Origin: an uncultured Desulfobacter sp.
Lineage (GTDB): Bacteria > Desulfobacterota > Desulfobacteria > Desulfobacterales > Desulfobacteraceae
Direction: 5' to 3'
NCBI GenBank assembly: GCA_963665095.1
Contig: OY762069.1
Location: 1,216,001 to 1,280,000 of the forward strand
Length of the DNA stretch: 64,000 nt
The translations under genes were made by a program, and so were the position numbers. Below are positions 9,082 through 20,078 of this stretch, piece by piece; positions within the stretch are counted from its first letter, which is position 1; each line of letters opens with the position of its first letter. The notes beneath the pieces are model-generated. The model was not told where the DNA came from, made no database searches, and saw only the letters and a list, made by a program, of their open reading frames with translations.

Positions 9082-10881
9082 TCAGACAGCCTGCCCCAAA
9101 GCAGCCAGAAGATTTGACCGGCGTGCCACCGGGGTATTAAGGGCCTGTCGGATCAAAGGCAGGCTGCCGAAAATAATCACTTTCTCACGGGACCGGGTGA
9201 TCCCTGTGTACAGCAACTGCCGGGTAACAACAGGTGAAATCTGTTCAGGGATGAGAATCAGTACGGTGTCAAACTCAGATCCCTGGCTTTTATGTATGGT
9301 CACGGCAAACGCCTGCTCACTGTCAGGCAGATCCACAGGTCTGAATGATCGGATCTCTTTTGTTTCCGATTCAAACCACGCGGTTGTCACACCGTCCTGC
9401 TCAAGCAGCACACAAGTGTCGCCATTAAACAGCAGGCGGTTGTAATCGTTGCGTCGTACCATCAAAAGCGTTTTAAAAATAGAGGCATTTATATCATTTC
9501 TACCCCGGGATCGTAATATGTTTTCACATAGATGATTAATTTGTAATGTTCCGCCAGGCCCTGAATTGTGTGCGCACAGCACGCGAAACCGGTCCACAGC
9601 ACTTAAAGCCTGCGCAACTGTTTTAGATGAAAAAAGCGGTGTATACCCGTTATAAATATATGATTCAAGGCGGCTCTGATATGGCTTTGGCCTGTCACTA
9701 TTCTCAAAAATGAGATCAGGAAATTCATTGCCTGTCAGGATATTTTCAACTGTATCAACATCACCGGCATTCACTGCATCGGCCAGCATTTCAATGCCGC
9801 TGTGCCCTGCGGATCTGAAATTAAAGGTTAAAAACACCCTGTTATCTTTGAGGCATTCGGCCTGGCAGAAGTCGGCAAACACACTGCCGGCCTGGACAGG
9901 AGACAACTGGTTCTTATCCCCCAGCATGACCACACGCGTATCCAGAGTAATTGCCTCCATCAGTCGCACCATCAGGGCCATGTCAATCATGGAGGCTTCA
10001 TCTATAATCACAAGATCTGCATCCAGGGGATGGCCTGCATTGTGAACAAATCCTGTTCCATTGTGTAAAGGTTTAAGTGCCCCATGAATGGTGACCCCGT
10101 TTTTCAGTCGGGATGCGGCCTTACCCGTGGGAGCCAGACACAACACTTTTACGGGCGGCAGCCCACACGCATCTGCCCATTGTGTCAGAATTTTTTGAAT
10201 AATATCTGTGACATATGTTTTCCCTGTTCCAGGGCCGCCGGAAATGATTGTAAACCCGGTGGACAATGCTTTTTTTACGGCCTGCTGCTGGTCATGGGTA
10301 TGCTGCAGCTTCTGGGATTTAAAAAAGGGGGCCAATCCGGCAGCAATAAATCCATCATCAGGACCTTGAATCTGCATGTCAACACGATTTCTAATAGTAC
10401 AGGCCAACCGGTTTTGAAAATCATAGTATCTGGTGAGATAGAGATTACCATCCTGATCAAGAATGAGCGGATAGTGACAAAACCAGGTATCGTCAATATT
10501 CCCTGGATTATGGTCTGCTTTTTTTCCCACCATGGTGCTTTCTGTAAGGGTATTGATCAACGTAGCAGCGTCAGGAAAATAAGCGACCACCCGGCCGTCA
10601 GATAACTGCAAAGGAGAACCGGCCGCCTTGACCGGATTGAAGCAGACGTGGCCTTCTGACAGAGCTCGCGACGTTGATGCAGCTAAGAGCATATCCAATG
10701 GCATGGTCTCTTTGAAGATACCTGCCATGGTGGTGGAAAAATAGTAATCCAGATGGGAAAAGAAGCCCAGCTCATGAAGGGTTTTAAAATCATCCATGGA
10801 AAAATTTTTCATGCCCTTTTTTACCAGCGATAGCAGAAAAAGAAAAGCCGGGGCGTCACGAATGAAAATATTATTGTTCAC
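9082..10881 (-). CDS. recD: Exodeoxyribonuclease V alpha subunit (true start probably ~10797-10812)
   Basis: GHVC N-terminal motif, LYLTRYY, SGGPGTGKT, APTGKAA, IIDEASMID, TIHKSQGSEF, LLYTGITR. Confidence 0.9.
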   Translation of the reverse strand: MNNNIFIRDAPAFLFLLSLVKKGMKNFSMDDFKTLHELGFFSHLDYYFSTTMAGIFKETMPLDMLLAASTSRALSEGHVCFNPVKAAGSPLQLSDGRVVAYFPDAATLINTLTESTMVGKKADHNPGNIDDTWFCHYPLILDQDGNLYLTRYYDFQNRLACTIRNRVDMQIQGPDDGFIAAGLAPFFKSQKLQHTHDQQQAVKKALSTGFTIISGGPGTGKTYVTDIIQKILTQWADACGLPPVKVLCLAPTGKAASRLKNGVTIHGALKPLHNGTGFVHNAGHPLDADLVIIDEASMIDMALMVRLMEAITLDTRVVMLGDKNQLSPVQAGSVFADFCQAECLKDNRVFLTFNFRSAGHSGIEMLADAVNAGDVDTVENILTGNEFPDLIFENSDRPKPYQSRLESYIYNGYTPLFSSKTVAQALSAVDRFRVLCAHNSGPGGTLQINHLCENILRSRGRNDINASIFKTLLMVRRNDYNRLLFNGDTCVLLEQDGVTTAWFESETKEIRSFRPVDLPDSEQAFAVTIHKSQGSEFDTVLILIPEQISPVVTRQLLYTGITRSREKVIIFGSLPLIRQALNTPVARRSNLLAALGQAV

Positions 10882-10936
10882 CGTACCGGGGGAAATAGAA
10901 CTGCGACCAGATCAGTTAGACGCAAAAATCTGTATA

Positions 10937-11905
10937 TCAGACCTGGTACAGATGGCAGGCCACCTGGTGGCCCGGTGCCACGTTCAGCAGCTTTGGAGGC
11001 GATTGCCGGCATATATCCATGACCCTGGGGCAGCGCGGGTGAAACCGGCATCCCCGGGGAGGAGAGATGGGGCTTGGCACATCACCCTCAAGCAGAATCC
11101 GGTTTGAATCCGCACTGGGATCCGGTTTGGGCACTGCAGACAAAAGTGCCTGGGTATAGGGATGTTTTGGATTTTCATACAGCCGGTCATAGGTGGTGAA
11201 TTCAGCGACCTGACCAATATACATTACCATAATCCGGTCGCAGATGTACTCCACCACAGCCAGATCATGGGAGATAATAATGTAGGAGAGATGAAATTCT
11301 TTCTGCAGATCCATGAGCAGGTTGATGATCTGGGCCTGGATAGAGACGTCCAGGGCGGAAACCGGTTCATCCCCGATGATCAGTTTAGGACTTAAGGCCA
11401 GTGCCCGGGCAATCCCGATTCTCTGACGCTGCCCCCCAGAAAATTCATGGGGATACCGCTGCCCCTGATCCGGGGAGAGTCCGACCTTTTCAAGAAGAAA
11501 TGCCACCCGCGCCCTGATCTCCTGTTCCGGATAGAGCTTGTGAATCCGCATGGGATCCCCCAGAATATGGTTCAAAGTCATCCTGGGGTTCAAAGAGGAG
11601 TAAGGATCCTGAAAAATAATCTGCATATTGCAGGTCAGGGCTTTTTTCTCCCTGTCATTCATCTGGTCCACATCGTGGCCCTCAAAGTAAACCTTGCCGC
11701 CGGTGGGCTGTTCAAGGCCCATAATCGCCATGCCGGTGGTGGTCTTGCCGCACCCGCTTTCTCCTACAATGCCTAAGGTTTCTCCTTTTTCAAGGCTTAA
11801 GGAGACACCGTCCACGGCATGGACATATCCAGCATTTCGGCTGAATACCCCTTTTTTGACCGGGAAATGGACTTCAAGATTTTCTACACGAAGCAAAGGT
11901 TCCAA
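10937..11905 (-). CDS. Oligo/dipeptide ABC transporter ATPase (OppF/DppF-like)
   Basis: GESGCGKT, FSGGQRQR, DEPVSALD, GCRFHPRC. Confidence 0.9.
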   Translation of the reverse strand: MEPLLRVENLEVHFPVKKGVFSRNAGYVHAVDGVSLSLEKGETLGIVGESGCGKTTTGMAIMGLEQPTGGKVYFEGHDVDQMNDREKKALTCNMQIIFQDPYSSLNPRMTLNHILGDPMRIHKLYPEQEIRARVAFLLEKVGLSPDQGQRYPHEFSGGQRQRIGIARALALSPKLIIGDEPVSALDVSIQAQIINLLMDLQKEFHLSYIIISHDLAVVEYICDRIMVMYIGQVAEFTTYDRLYENPKHPYTQALLSAVPKPDPSADSNRILLEGDVPSPISPPRGCRFHPRCPRVMDICRQSPPKLLNVAPGHQVACHLYQV

Positions 11906-11917
11906 TGGGTTTTTCCT

Positions 11918-12926
<1,009 letters not shown>

Positions 12927-12955
<29 letters not shown>

Positions 12956-14510
12956 TTATAGTCATCTCAACACCAATGGTATGCCAAATATCTGCCGGAA
13001 CGTTTGTCAGATCAGATGCAAACACAGTTAGATCGGCAAGGAATCCGGGCTTCAGCATTCCAAGCGTATCTTCTTTTCCAGCTGTGTAAGCAGCCTGCCT
13101 GGTATAGCCGGTCAGACTCTGTTCCAGGGTTAACCGCTGATCCGGGGTCCACCCGCCCTGGGGCAGTCCTTCCGGGGTCTGGCGCAGGACTGCTGCCTGA
13201 AGCCCGAGAAGCGGGTTAATAGGCTCGATTGGCGCATCCGTACCAAACTGCAGGGGAATACCTTTATCCAGAAGATTTTTCCAGGCATAGGCCCTGGTGC
13301 ATCTCTCCTGTCCCCAACGCCGCTGAGCCAGTTCCCAGTCTGAAGAGACAAATCTGGGCTGCACAGACCCTGTAATATCCAGCTCTTTGTATCTGTCAAG
13401 GTCTGACGGGGCATAAAGCTGAACATGTTCCACCTCATCCCTTGGGGAACCCGGGTATTGGGCTCTGCCGTGGGCAATGGCATCAAGGACGTTTGTGCCG
13501 GCCTTATCTCCAATGGCATGGACCGCCACACTGAACCCACGTTTATAGGCCTCACATACATAAAATTTGAGTTCGTCAGCATCCAGGCAATGCATACCGC
13601 TGTTGTAAGGTTCATCACTGTAAGGTTCATGCAGAAGGGCCGTACCTGCCCCTAAGGATCCGTCTGAAAACAACTTTAAGTGTCCGTGCCACAGATGATC
13701 AGATCCGGAAAGCCATGTCATGCCCTGTGCATCCGCTTCTTCCAGATCATAGTACTGCATGAGATGGTGAATTCTTAAGTTCAGCCTGCCGCTGTCATCC
13801 AGCTTGCGCAGCACGGTGTATTCTGCCAGGGACTCGCATGAATGAAGACCTGTGATACCGTTTGCAAGATATTCGTTCTGGGCATTTAATGCTGCAGTTT
13901 CCAGCTGATCATGGGTGTAGGGTGGAATGGCTTTGTCAATCAGATCTCGTGCTTCGTGAAGAAGCCCGGTAAGTTCTGCATCTGTGTCCCGTTCAAATCG
14001 CATACCGCCAGGAGCTGTAGACGCTTTTGTTATCCCGGCCGCTTCAAGTGCCTTTGAATTTACCCATTCGCTGTGCCCGCATACCCGTATCATCAAAAGT
14101 GGATTATCCGGGCTGAAAGAATCCAGATCATGCCGGGTGGGTTCCCGGCTTTCCGTCCACAGATGATGGTTCCACCCCCTGCCGATTACCCATTCACCAG
14201 GTGCCGCCTTTGACACAGCTTCCCGAATTTTTTTCTGGCAGGCCTCAAGGCTGTCAAGGCCAACCAGGTCCACCATCATCCGGCTTCGTCCGTATGAGAT
14301 GAAATGGCAGTGGGCATCCACAAGTCCGGGCGTCACAAGGCGACCCGGCAGATCCATTCCCTTTGCATGGGGTAAGACGGCCTTTACCTGTTCATTGCTG
14401 CCTAGGACAGCAATGCGCCCGTCCTTGACCCCCACGGCCTGGACCCAGGGCAGATCGGGCATGCCTGTGAAAACCGATGCTGAATATATGGCAAATTCTG
14501 AAGATGACAT
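12927..14510 (-). CDS. Amidohydrolase (YtcJ/amidohydrolase_3-like)
   Basis: [34 protein letters not shown]. Confidence 0.88.
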
Positions 14511-14545
14511 GAGGATTCCTTTAATATTTAAGTTGCACCTGTTAT

Positions 14546-15388
14546 TTAGTTTCTCCGGGTAAGTGTCTTGGGGTCTAAGAGATCTCGCAATCCGTCTCCG
14601 AGAAGATTAAGACCCAACACAGTAATAAAAATGGCAACGCCTGGAAAAATCGAAATCCAGGGGGCTGTGAACAGCTGTTCCCGGGCGGCAGACAGCATGG
14701 CCCCCCATGAAGGAATTGGCGGCTGTACCCCAAGTCCCAGAAAGGAAAGGGCTGCCTCCAGAAGAATGGCCCCTGCCACACCAAGGGTGGCAATGATGAG
14801 AATAGGTCCAATAATATTGGGAAGAATCTGGGTGAACATCAGCCGGATACGGCCGTAACCTAAAGCTTTTGCCGCTTTGACATAATCAAGATGCTTGGCG
14901 GAAAGGGCCTGAGAACGGGTAATCCGGCAGGAATAAGACCAGTTGGTAAATCCGAGAGCCAGAAATACATTAATAAGCCCGGGGCCTAACAGCGCCATGA
15001 CGGCAAGGGCAAATATCAAAGCAGGTATGGAGAGCATGATATTGGTCAACCCCACCACAAAATCATCCCACCAGCCACCGAAAAAACCGGCACTCAGCCC
15101 CAGACATACTCCGATAATAGTGTTCATGACCTGGCTGATCAGCCCCACAGCCAGAGAGATTCTGGCACCGTAAATAACCCGGGAAAGGATATCCCGGCCC
15201 TGGATGTCTGTCCCGAACCAGAATTGTTCAGACGGTGGTTCTTCTGACACCATGAGGTCCGCATCGTTAATGGGGTGGTAAGGGGCGAGAACCGGTGCAA
15301 AAACAGCCACAATAATAACAAACAGCGTAATGGCACCCCCTGCCACAAGGTTGGGCTGGGAAAGGATTTTAAATATCTTTTTTTTCAT
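14546..15388 (-). CDS. Peptide ABC transporter permease (OppC/DppC-like)
   Basis: FGTDIQGRDILSRVIYGARISL, LSFLGLG, GDGLRDLLDP. Confidence 0.9.
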   Translation of the reverse strand: MKKKIFKILSQPNLVAGGAITLFVIIVAVFAPVLAPYHPINDADLMVSEEPPSEQFWFGTDIQGRDILSRVIYGARISLAVGLISQVMNTIIGVCLGLSAGFFGGWWDDFVVGLTNIMLSIPALIFALAVMALLGPGLINVFLALGFTNWSYSCRITRSQALSAKHLDYVKAAKALGYGRIRLMFTQILPNIIGPILIIATLGVAGAILLEAALSFLGLGVQPPIPSWGAMLSAAREQLFTAPWISIFPGVAIFITVLGLNLLGDGLRDLLDPKTLTRRN

Positions 15389-16329
15389 TTATATGCGGCT
15401 CTGATTCTTGGATCAATTGCCCCGTAGAGCAGATCCACCGTTAGGTTTACAAATAAAAAGGAGAGGATAATGACCAGGATACAACCCTGGGTGACAGGTA
15501 TGTCGCGCTGGAAAATGGAATCCACAAGTAAAGATCCAAGTCCCGGCCATGAATAGAGCTTTTCTACGATAACCGTGTTGGCGATCAGTTCTCCAAACTG
15601 GAGACTGGCTGTGGTTAAAATCAGAATCATGGCATTTCTTAAGACATGTTTCCGGTTGACTATCATTTCTGACAATCCTTTGGCCCTAGCTGTACGGATA
15701 TAATCCATGGATAGAATCTCAACCACTGCAGCCCGGGTGGTTCGTGCCAGCAGCCCGACATATCCAACGCCAAGGGTGCAGGCCGGCAGGATAAGGTTTT
15801 TAACAGACCCTTCTCCATAGCCAAGTGGCGGCAACCAGTGCAGCTTTACTGAGACGAGATACATCAGCAGCAGCCCCAGCCAGAATTGCGGGATGGATAC
15901 ACCTGAAACCGCCCCCATCATGGTGATGGTGTCGGGTATCCGGCCCTGGCGCAGGGCAGAATAAAACCCGAGCGGAATACCTAAAGCCAGGGCAATAATC
16001 ATAGCGGCAACGGCGAGCTTAAAGGTGGGCCACAGCCGCTCGCCAATCAATTGATTCACCGGTTCCTGACGCAGAAAAGATCTTCCCAGGTTCCCTTTGA
16101 CAAGGTCCCTGAGATATATGACGTATCGCTCCCATAAAGGTTTGTCCAGCCCCCACTCTTTTGTCATCTGGTCAATATATTCCTGTGTGATGGTCCCACT
16201 GTCCTGATCTCCGGCCGCCATGAGTGCGGCATTTCCGGGCAGGACATTGAGCAGGGCAAACATAATCAGGGTGATAGCCAGAATGGTGGGAATAAATTGC
16301 AGGACCCTGCGCAGGGCGTAAGCAAACAT
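15385..16329 (-). CDS. Peptide ABC transporter permease (OppB/DppB-like)
   Basis: GLDKP..RY, DYIRTARAKGL, WPGLG, DLLYGAIDPR. Confidence 0.9.
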   Translation of the reverse strand: MFAYALRRVLQFIPTILAITLIMFALLNVLPGNAALMAAGDQDSGTITQEYIDQMTKEWGLDKPLWERYVIYLRDLVKGNLGRSFLRQEPVNQLIGERLWPTFKLAVAAMIIALALGIPLGFYSALRQGRIPDTITMMGAVSGVSIPQFWLGLLLMYLVSVKLHWLPPLGYGEGSVKNLILPACTLGVGYVGLLARTTRAAVVEILSMDYIRTARAKGLSEMIVNRKHVLRNAMILILTTASLQFGELIANTVIVEKLYSWPGLGSLLVDSIFQRDIPVTQGCILVIILSFLFVNLTVDLLYGAIDPRIRAAYK

Positions 16330-16379
16330 TATCTTTCCTTCAAGAGGGTAGAACCTTAAGGTGGCTTTAATATCAAAAG

Positions 16380-16414
16380 GCAGCCGGGAAAGCCAATTAA
16401 ACTTTCCCGGCTGC
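16380..16414. terminator. Intercistronic hairpin after the substrate-binding protein gene
   Basis: 13-bp perfect IR GCAGCCGGGAAAG / CTTTCCCGGCTGC. Confidence 0.55.
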
Positions 16415-16440
16415 TTGCAAATGAGCGAACTGTTAGTTAT

Positions 16441-18042
16441 TTATTTTGCCCTGGGAGAGCCTTCATCGACCCAGACATTGGTCAGATCCTGAAACATCAT
16501 TTCCGGAGCGACCTTTGACAGATTGTGAACCCAGGGCTGAAATGCCATAACAGCCTTGTTGTAGTTGAAAAACCACATGGGTGCATCGTCAGTTAAAATA
16601 CCGTCGGCTTTCATGAGCAGCTCGTTTTTCTTCTTGGTATCCCGTTCCTTGGACGCTGCATCAATGATTTTGTCAAATTCAGGGTTGTTGTATTTGACAT
16701 AGTTGCCGGAACCTACAGAGTTGGTGGAAATCCATCTTTGAAGGGCACCTAAAGGATCGGGACCTGAATCCAGGGACCAGATAAACATCTGGTATTTACC
16801 GTCACGGATGCGCTCATCCATAGTGGCCCCTTCCATCTGTTCAATCTTAATATCAATGTTGATTTTTTTCAGGAAAGGCATCATGGCTTCATAAATCCCG
16901 GTACCCCAGGATTTGTTGGAGGTGCCGATGGCATGCTCAATGGTAAATCCCTTTTCATAGCCGGCCTCTTTCATCAGTGCCTTGGCCTTGTCCAGGTTAT
17001 ATTCATATTTTTTCCCGTTGGGATTAAATGCCGGGGAAGTGGTTGGCAGATATCCCCTGCAGGGGAACGCCTTGTTTTTAAGAATTTTTTTAATAATCAG
17101 ATCAGCAGGCAGCGCATAGCAAATGGCCTGACGGACGCGTTTGTCTGAAAAAGGCTTAAAATCAGGGTTCATACCCACCAGGCGGGTGAACATTTCAGCG
17201 ACGTCAATCATATTTTTGGAAATCACCGGATCAGCCATGTACTCAGGATAGTTCACAGCGCCAACAATGGTGGCGTCCAGCTCTTTCGCTTTAAAGGCCA
17301 GATCCCTGGGAGCGGATTCAGGCATAATTTTATATACAACTTTGTCCAGGTAAGGTTTGCCTTCCATATAAAAGTCATCAAACTTTTCCAGGACAATTTC
17401 AGAGCCTTTGACCCATTTGGAAAATTTAAACGGACCGCATCCAACAGGGTTATTTTTAAACTGGTCTTCCTTGCCCACGACCTCTTCTTTGGGAAGAATC
17501 GCTGCAGAGGGCAGCCACAGGAAGTATTTAAGGTCCAAAGGATTTTCAAGGGTAATCTCTAAGGTCAGGTCATCAATTTTTTTCAATCCGCTGATGGCGG
17601 CAGCCTCACCTTTATTAACCGCCATGGCGCCCTGAATCACCTGAATCTGCTGAAAAGATGGAGAATCTGGCTTCATCGCTGCGCAGTAAGTATACGTCCA
17701 GATGATATCATCGGAAACCAGCTGCCTGCCGTTGTGAAATTTGATATTTGGAAGCAGTTTGAAGGTATAGGTCAGTCCGTCATCAGAAACCTTGACGCTT
17801 TGGGCCAGATCCAGAACGGGTTCACTTTTCTGGGCATCCCACCGGTAAAGACTGCGGTGAACATTCATGGAGACCAGAAAATCCTGGTACCGGCTTGTAG
17901 TATAGGGGTTTAAACCGGACAGGTCCCCCCCGTAGGGTGCCATAAAGTTCAAGGTACCGCCGCTTCTTTCAGCAAAAGCAGGTGCCTGCAGACTCAGCAC
18001 GGTCATGGCCACGACAGCAAACAACAATACGACTTTTTTCAT
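16441..18042 (-). CDS. ABC transporter substrate-binding protein, family 5
   Basis: Signal peptide, SDDGLTYTFKL..NIKFHNG, VGCGPFKF. Confidence 0.9.
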   Translation of the reverse strand: MKKVVLLFAVVAMTVLSLQAPAFAERSGGTLNFMAPYGGDLSGLNPYTTSRYQDFLVSMNVHRSLYRWDAQKSEPVLDLAQSVKVSDDGLTYTFKLLPNIKFHNGRQLVSDDIIWTYTYCAAMKPDSPSFQQIQVIQGAMAVNKGEAAAISGLKKIDDLTLEITLENPLDLKYFLWLPSAAILPKEEVVGKEDQFKNNPVGCGPFKFSKWVKGSEIVLEKFDDFYMEGKPYLDKVVYKIMPESAPRDLAFKAKELDATIVGAVNYPEYMADPVISKNMIDVAEMFTRLVGMNPDFKPFSDKRVRQAICYALPADLIIKKILKNKAFPCRGYLPTTSPAFNPNGKKYEYNLDKAKALMKEAGYEKGFTIEHAIGTSNKSWGTGIYEAMMPFLKKINIDIKIEQMEGATMDERIRDGKYQMFIWSLDSGPDPLGALQRWISTNSVGSGNYVKYNNPEFDKIIDAASKERDTKKKNELLMKADGILTDDAPMWFFNYNKAVMAFQPWVHNLSKVAPEMMFQDLTNVWVDEGSPRAK

Positions 18043-18166
18043 GATTACTCCTTAATTATTCGTTAATATTGCCTTGAATGCCCTCTAATGAATCAGAATA
18101 GTAATTATGTGTCAATACAAATATACGGACAAATTTGTTCACAAAACTGTAATTTCATGAAAACGA

Positions 18167-18946
18167 TCAATTCGCCAGACACGCCCGGGTCAATGCGGAA
18201 AACGGGGTAATGAACTGTGGATAGAGACCTGCCAATGTTTCCGGGTGCCATTGAATCCCCACAGCAAACCTGTGTATTGTGCTTTCCATGGCTTCAATAA
18301 TGCCGTCTTCTGACCGTGCACATACTTTGAATCCCGGAGCCGGCTCTTTGACGGCCTGGTGGTGAAAGGAGTTGACCCGGATCTGATCTTTATTGAACAG
18401 TCCATGCACCATGGAGCCCGGTTCAAAATTCACCCTGTGCCACAGGTAATGCATGGGCAGTCCTTCAGGGCAATGACCCTGTACATTTTTAACCTGGGCA
18501 GGCAGATGCTGGTACAGGGTTCCCCCAAAGGCCGCATTCATCAACTGCATTCCCCTGCAGATGGCCAGCACAGGCTTATTCAAATCCAGCACCGCCTTCA
18601 TCAGAGCCGTTTCCCAGTTGTCCCTTTCAGGCATCACCGAGTTAAGTTCAACAATTGGATTCTCACCATAAAACAGAGGGTGAACATCTTCAACCCCGCC
18701 TGTCATAACAAGGCCGTCCAGCAATGCGGCATACCGTGATGCATCAGCCACATCCGTACGCAACGGTACCACAACAGGCAACCCACCACCCATTTCAACA
18801 GATTGTACATAATCGTTGGGAGTGTCTACGCAGCGCAGAGAATCCCGCGTGGCCCATGAGGCCGTAACACCAATAACCGGTTTTTTTTCAGCCCGCGGTG
18901 CAGCACCGCCGGTTTTACCGGGCATCATATTATCAGATAAATTCAA
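18167..18946 (-). CDS. Peptidase C26 / gamma-glutamyl-GABA hydrolase family (PuuD-like)
   Basis: LAICRGMQ, VNSFHHQAV, GIQWHPE class I glutamine amidotransferase motifs. Confidence 0.88.
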   Translation of the reverse strand: MNLSDNMMPGKTGGAAPRAEKKPVIGVTASWATRDSLRCVDTPNDYVQSVEMGGGLPVVVPLRTDVADASRYAALLDGLVMTGGVEDVHPLFYGENPIVELNSVMPERDNWETALMKAVLDLNKPVLAICRGMQLMNAAFGGTLYQHLPAQVKNVQGHCPEGLPMHYLWHRVNFEPGSMVHGLFNKDQIRVNSFHHQAVKEPAPGFKVCARSEDGIIEAMESTIHRFAVGIQWHPETLAGLYPQFITPFSALTRACLAN

Positions 18947-18996
18947 CAGGTACCCTTTTCACTCCAAATTTTAATACATAACGAAGTTGGCAGGAT

Positions 18997-19278
18997 TCAG
19001 GCAATAATTCCATCGTTCGAATTATAGGGCGGTATATGTGGCCTGGCCAGCGTCCGGCGATCTATCCCCTTTCTTCGATCCTGCTCAAAAGAAAGTTCCA
19101 CAACAACGCCGTCCAGAACACTTTTCCGGCGCTCTTGTCCTTTCCGGCGGTCTTTGCCCTTCCGGTGTTTCTTTTTACTGCCCCTGCCGTCTTTATAAGT
19201 CTTGTGGTTTGCATCTTTTCTAAATCCAGGCGCGATTACCCTGCCGGCCACCGGTATAGTCTGATATCCGTTATCCAT
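18997..19278 (-). CDS. Small basic hypothetical protein with repeated DRR.G.(D/E)RR motifs
   Basis: GGAGG RBS; DRRKGQERR and DRRKGIDRR. Confidence 0.6.
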   Translation of the reverse strand: MDNGYQTIPVAGRVIAPGFRKDANHKTYKDGRGSKKKHRKGKDRRKGQERRKSVLDGVVVELSFEQDRRKGIDRRTLARPHIPPYNSNDGIIA

Positions 19279-19444
19279 AACAATACCTCCTGAAGCTTAA
19301 GAGCAATTCTTTTCTGCTCTTAATATAGATATCGTCTATTGTTACAGATTCTTTAAATATTCTGTATGATCAGCCAGTTACAATCATTCATCAGAATAGT
19401 CGAAACTAACCGTAATACTCGACACGCCTGAAATTACAGTACTT

Positions 19445-19885
19445 TTATTTTTTACCTTCAACGTCCTCTATATAAGCATGAATTCTTAAAAACGGCACAA
19501 ACAGAGAATCGTTGGTTTCAAAGTGTTCAAGAAGCCAGCCACGCAGCTCCACAATCTCTTCAATGGGCAGACTGTTAACGTCTTCTGCGATTTCCCGGCG
19601 AAGACCTATGGCCTTTTTAATAAACTGACGGTGGGATTTTGAGTGGGTGTCAAGGTCCGGGTACTTTTTTTTGCCAAGCAGCTTTTCTTCCCTGGAAAAA
19701 AAGATTTTGCTGAAATCGTTGATTTCCGTAATTAAATTGGTAATGTCTTTTGCATCGGTTTTCTTTTTCTTCATCTCTATCAGGGTGTTAAACATATTGA
19801 GAAGCTGTTTTTTAAAATCGTCTATTTCAGGTACATCCACACCGTATTTGTCATCCCATTCAATGATGTCTGTCATGGGGTACAT
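19445..19885 (-). CDS. Bacteriohemerythrin-like protein with degenerate iron ligands
   Basis: EWDDKYGVDVPEID, FSREE, YPDLDTHSKSH, WLLEHF...D. Confidence 0.8.
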   Translation of the reverse strand: MYPMTDIIEWDDKYGVDVPEIDDFKKQLLNMFNTLIEMKKKKTDAKDITNLITEINDFSKIFFSREEKLLGKKKYPDLDTHSKSHRQFIKKAIGLRREIAEDVNSLPIEEIVELRGWLLEHFETNDSLFVPFLRIHAYIEDVEGKK

Positions 19886-20078
19886 CTCCTTTGTTCTTTA
19901 TTTTATTTTTTTCCCAGCCACATGGTGGCCATAATACCTATGGATATGAGGATCGCCAGAATCACGGCAAAGGTAATACCGTGCCGGCCGAATTTGGGGT
20001 AAATCACGAAGGGAACCAGATATCCGTACAGGAATGAGTGCAAAAGCCCGATTCCCGCAACCCTTAGCACCACTCTTT

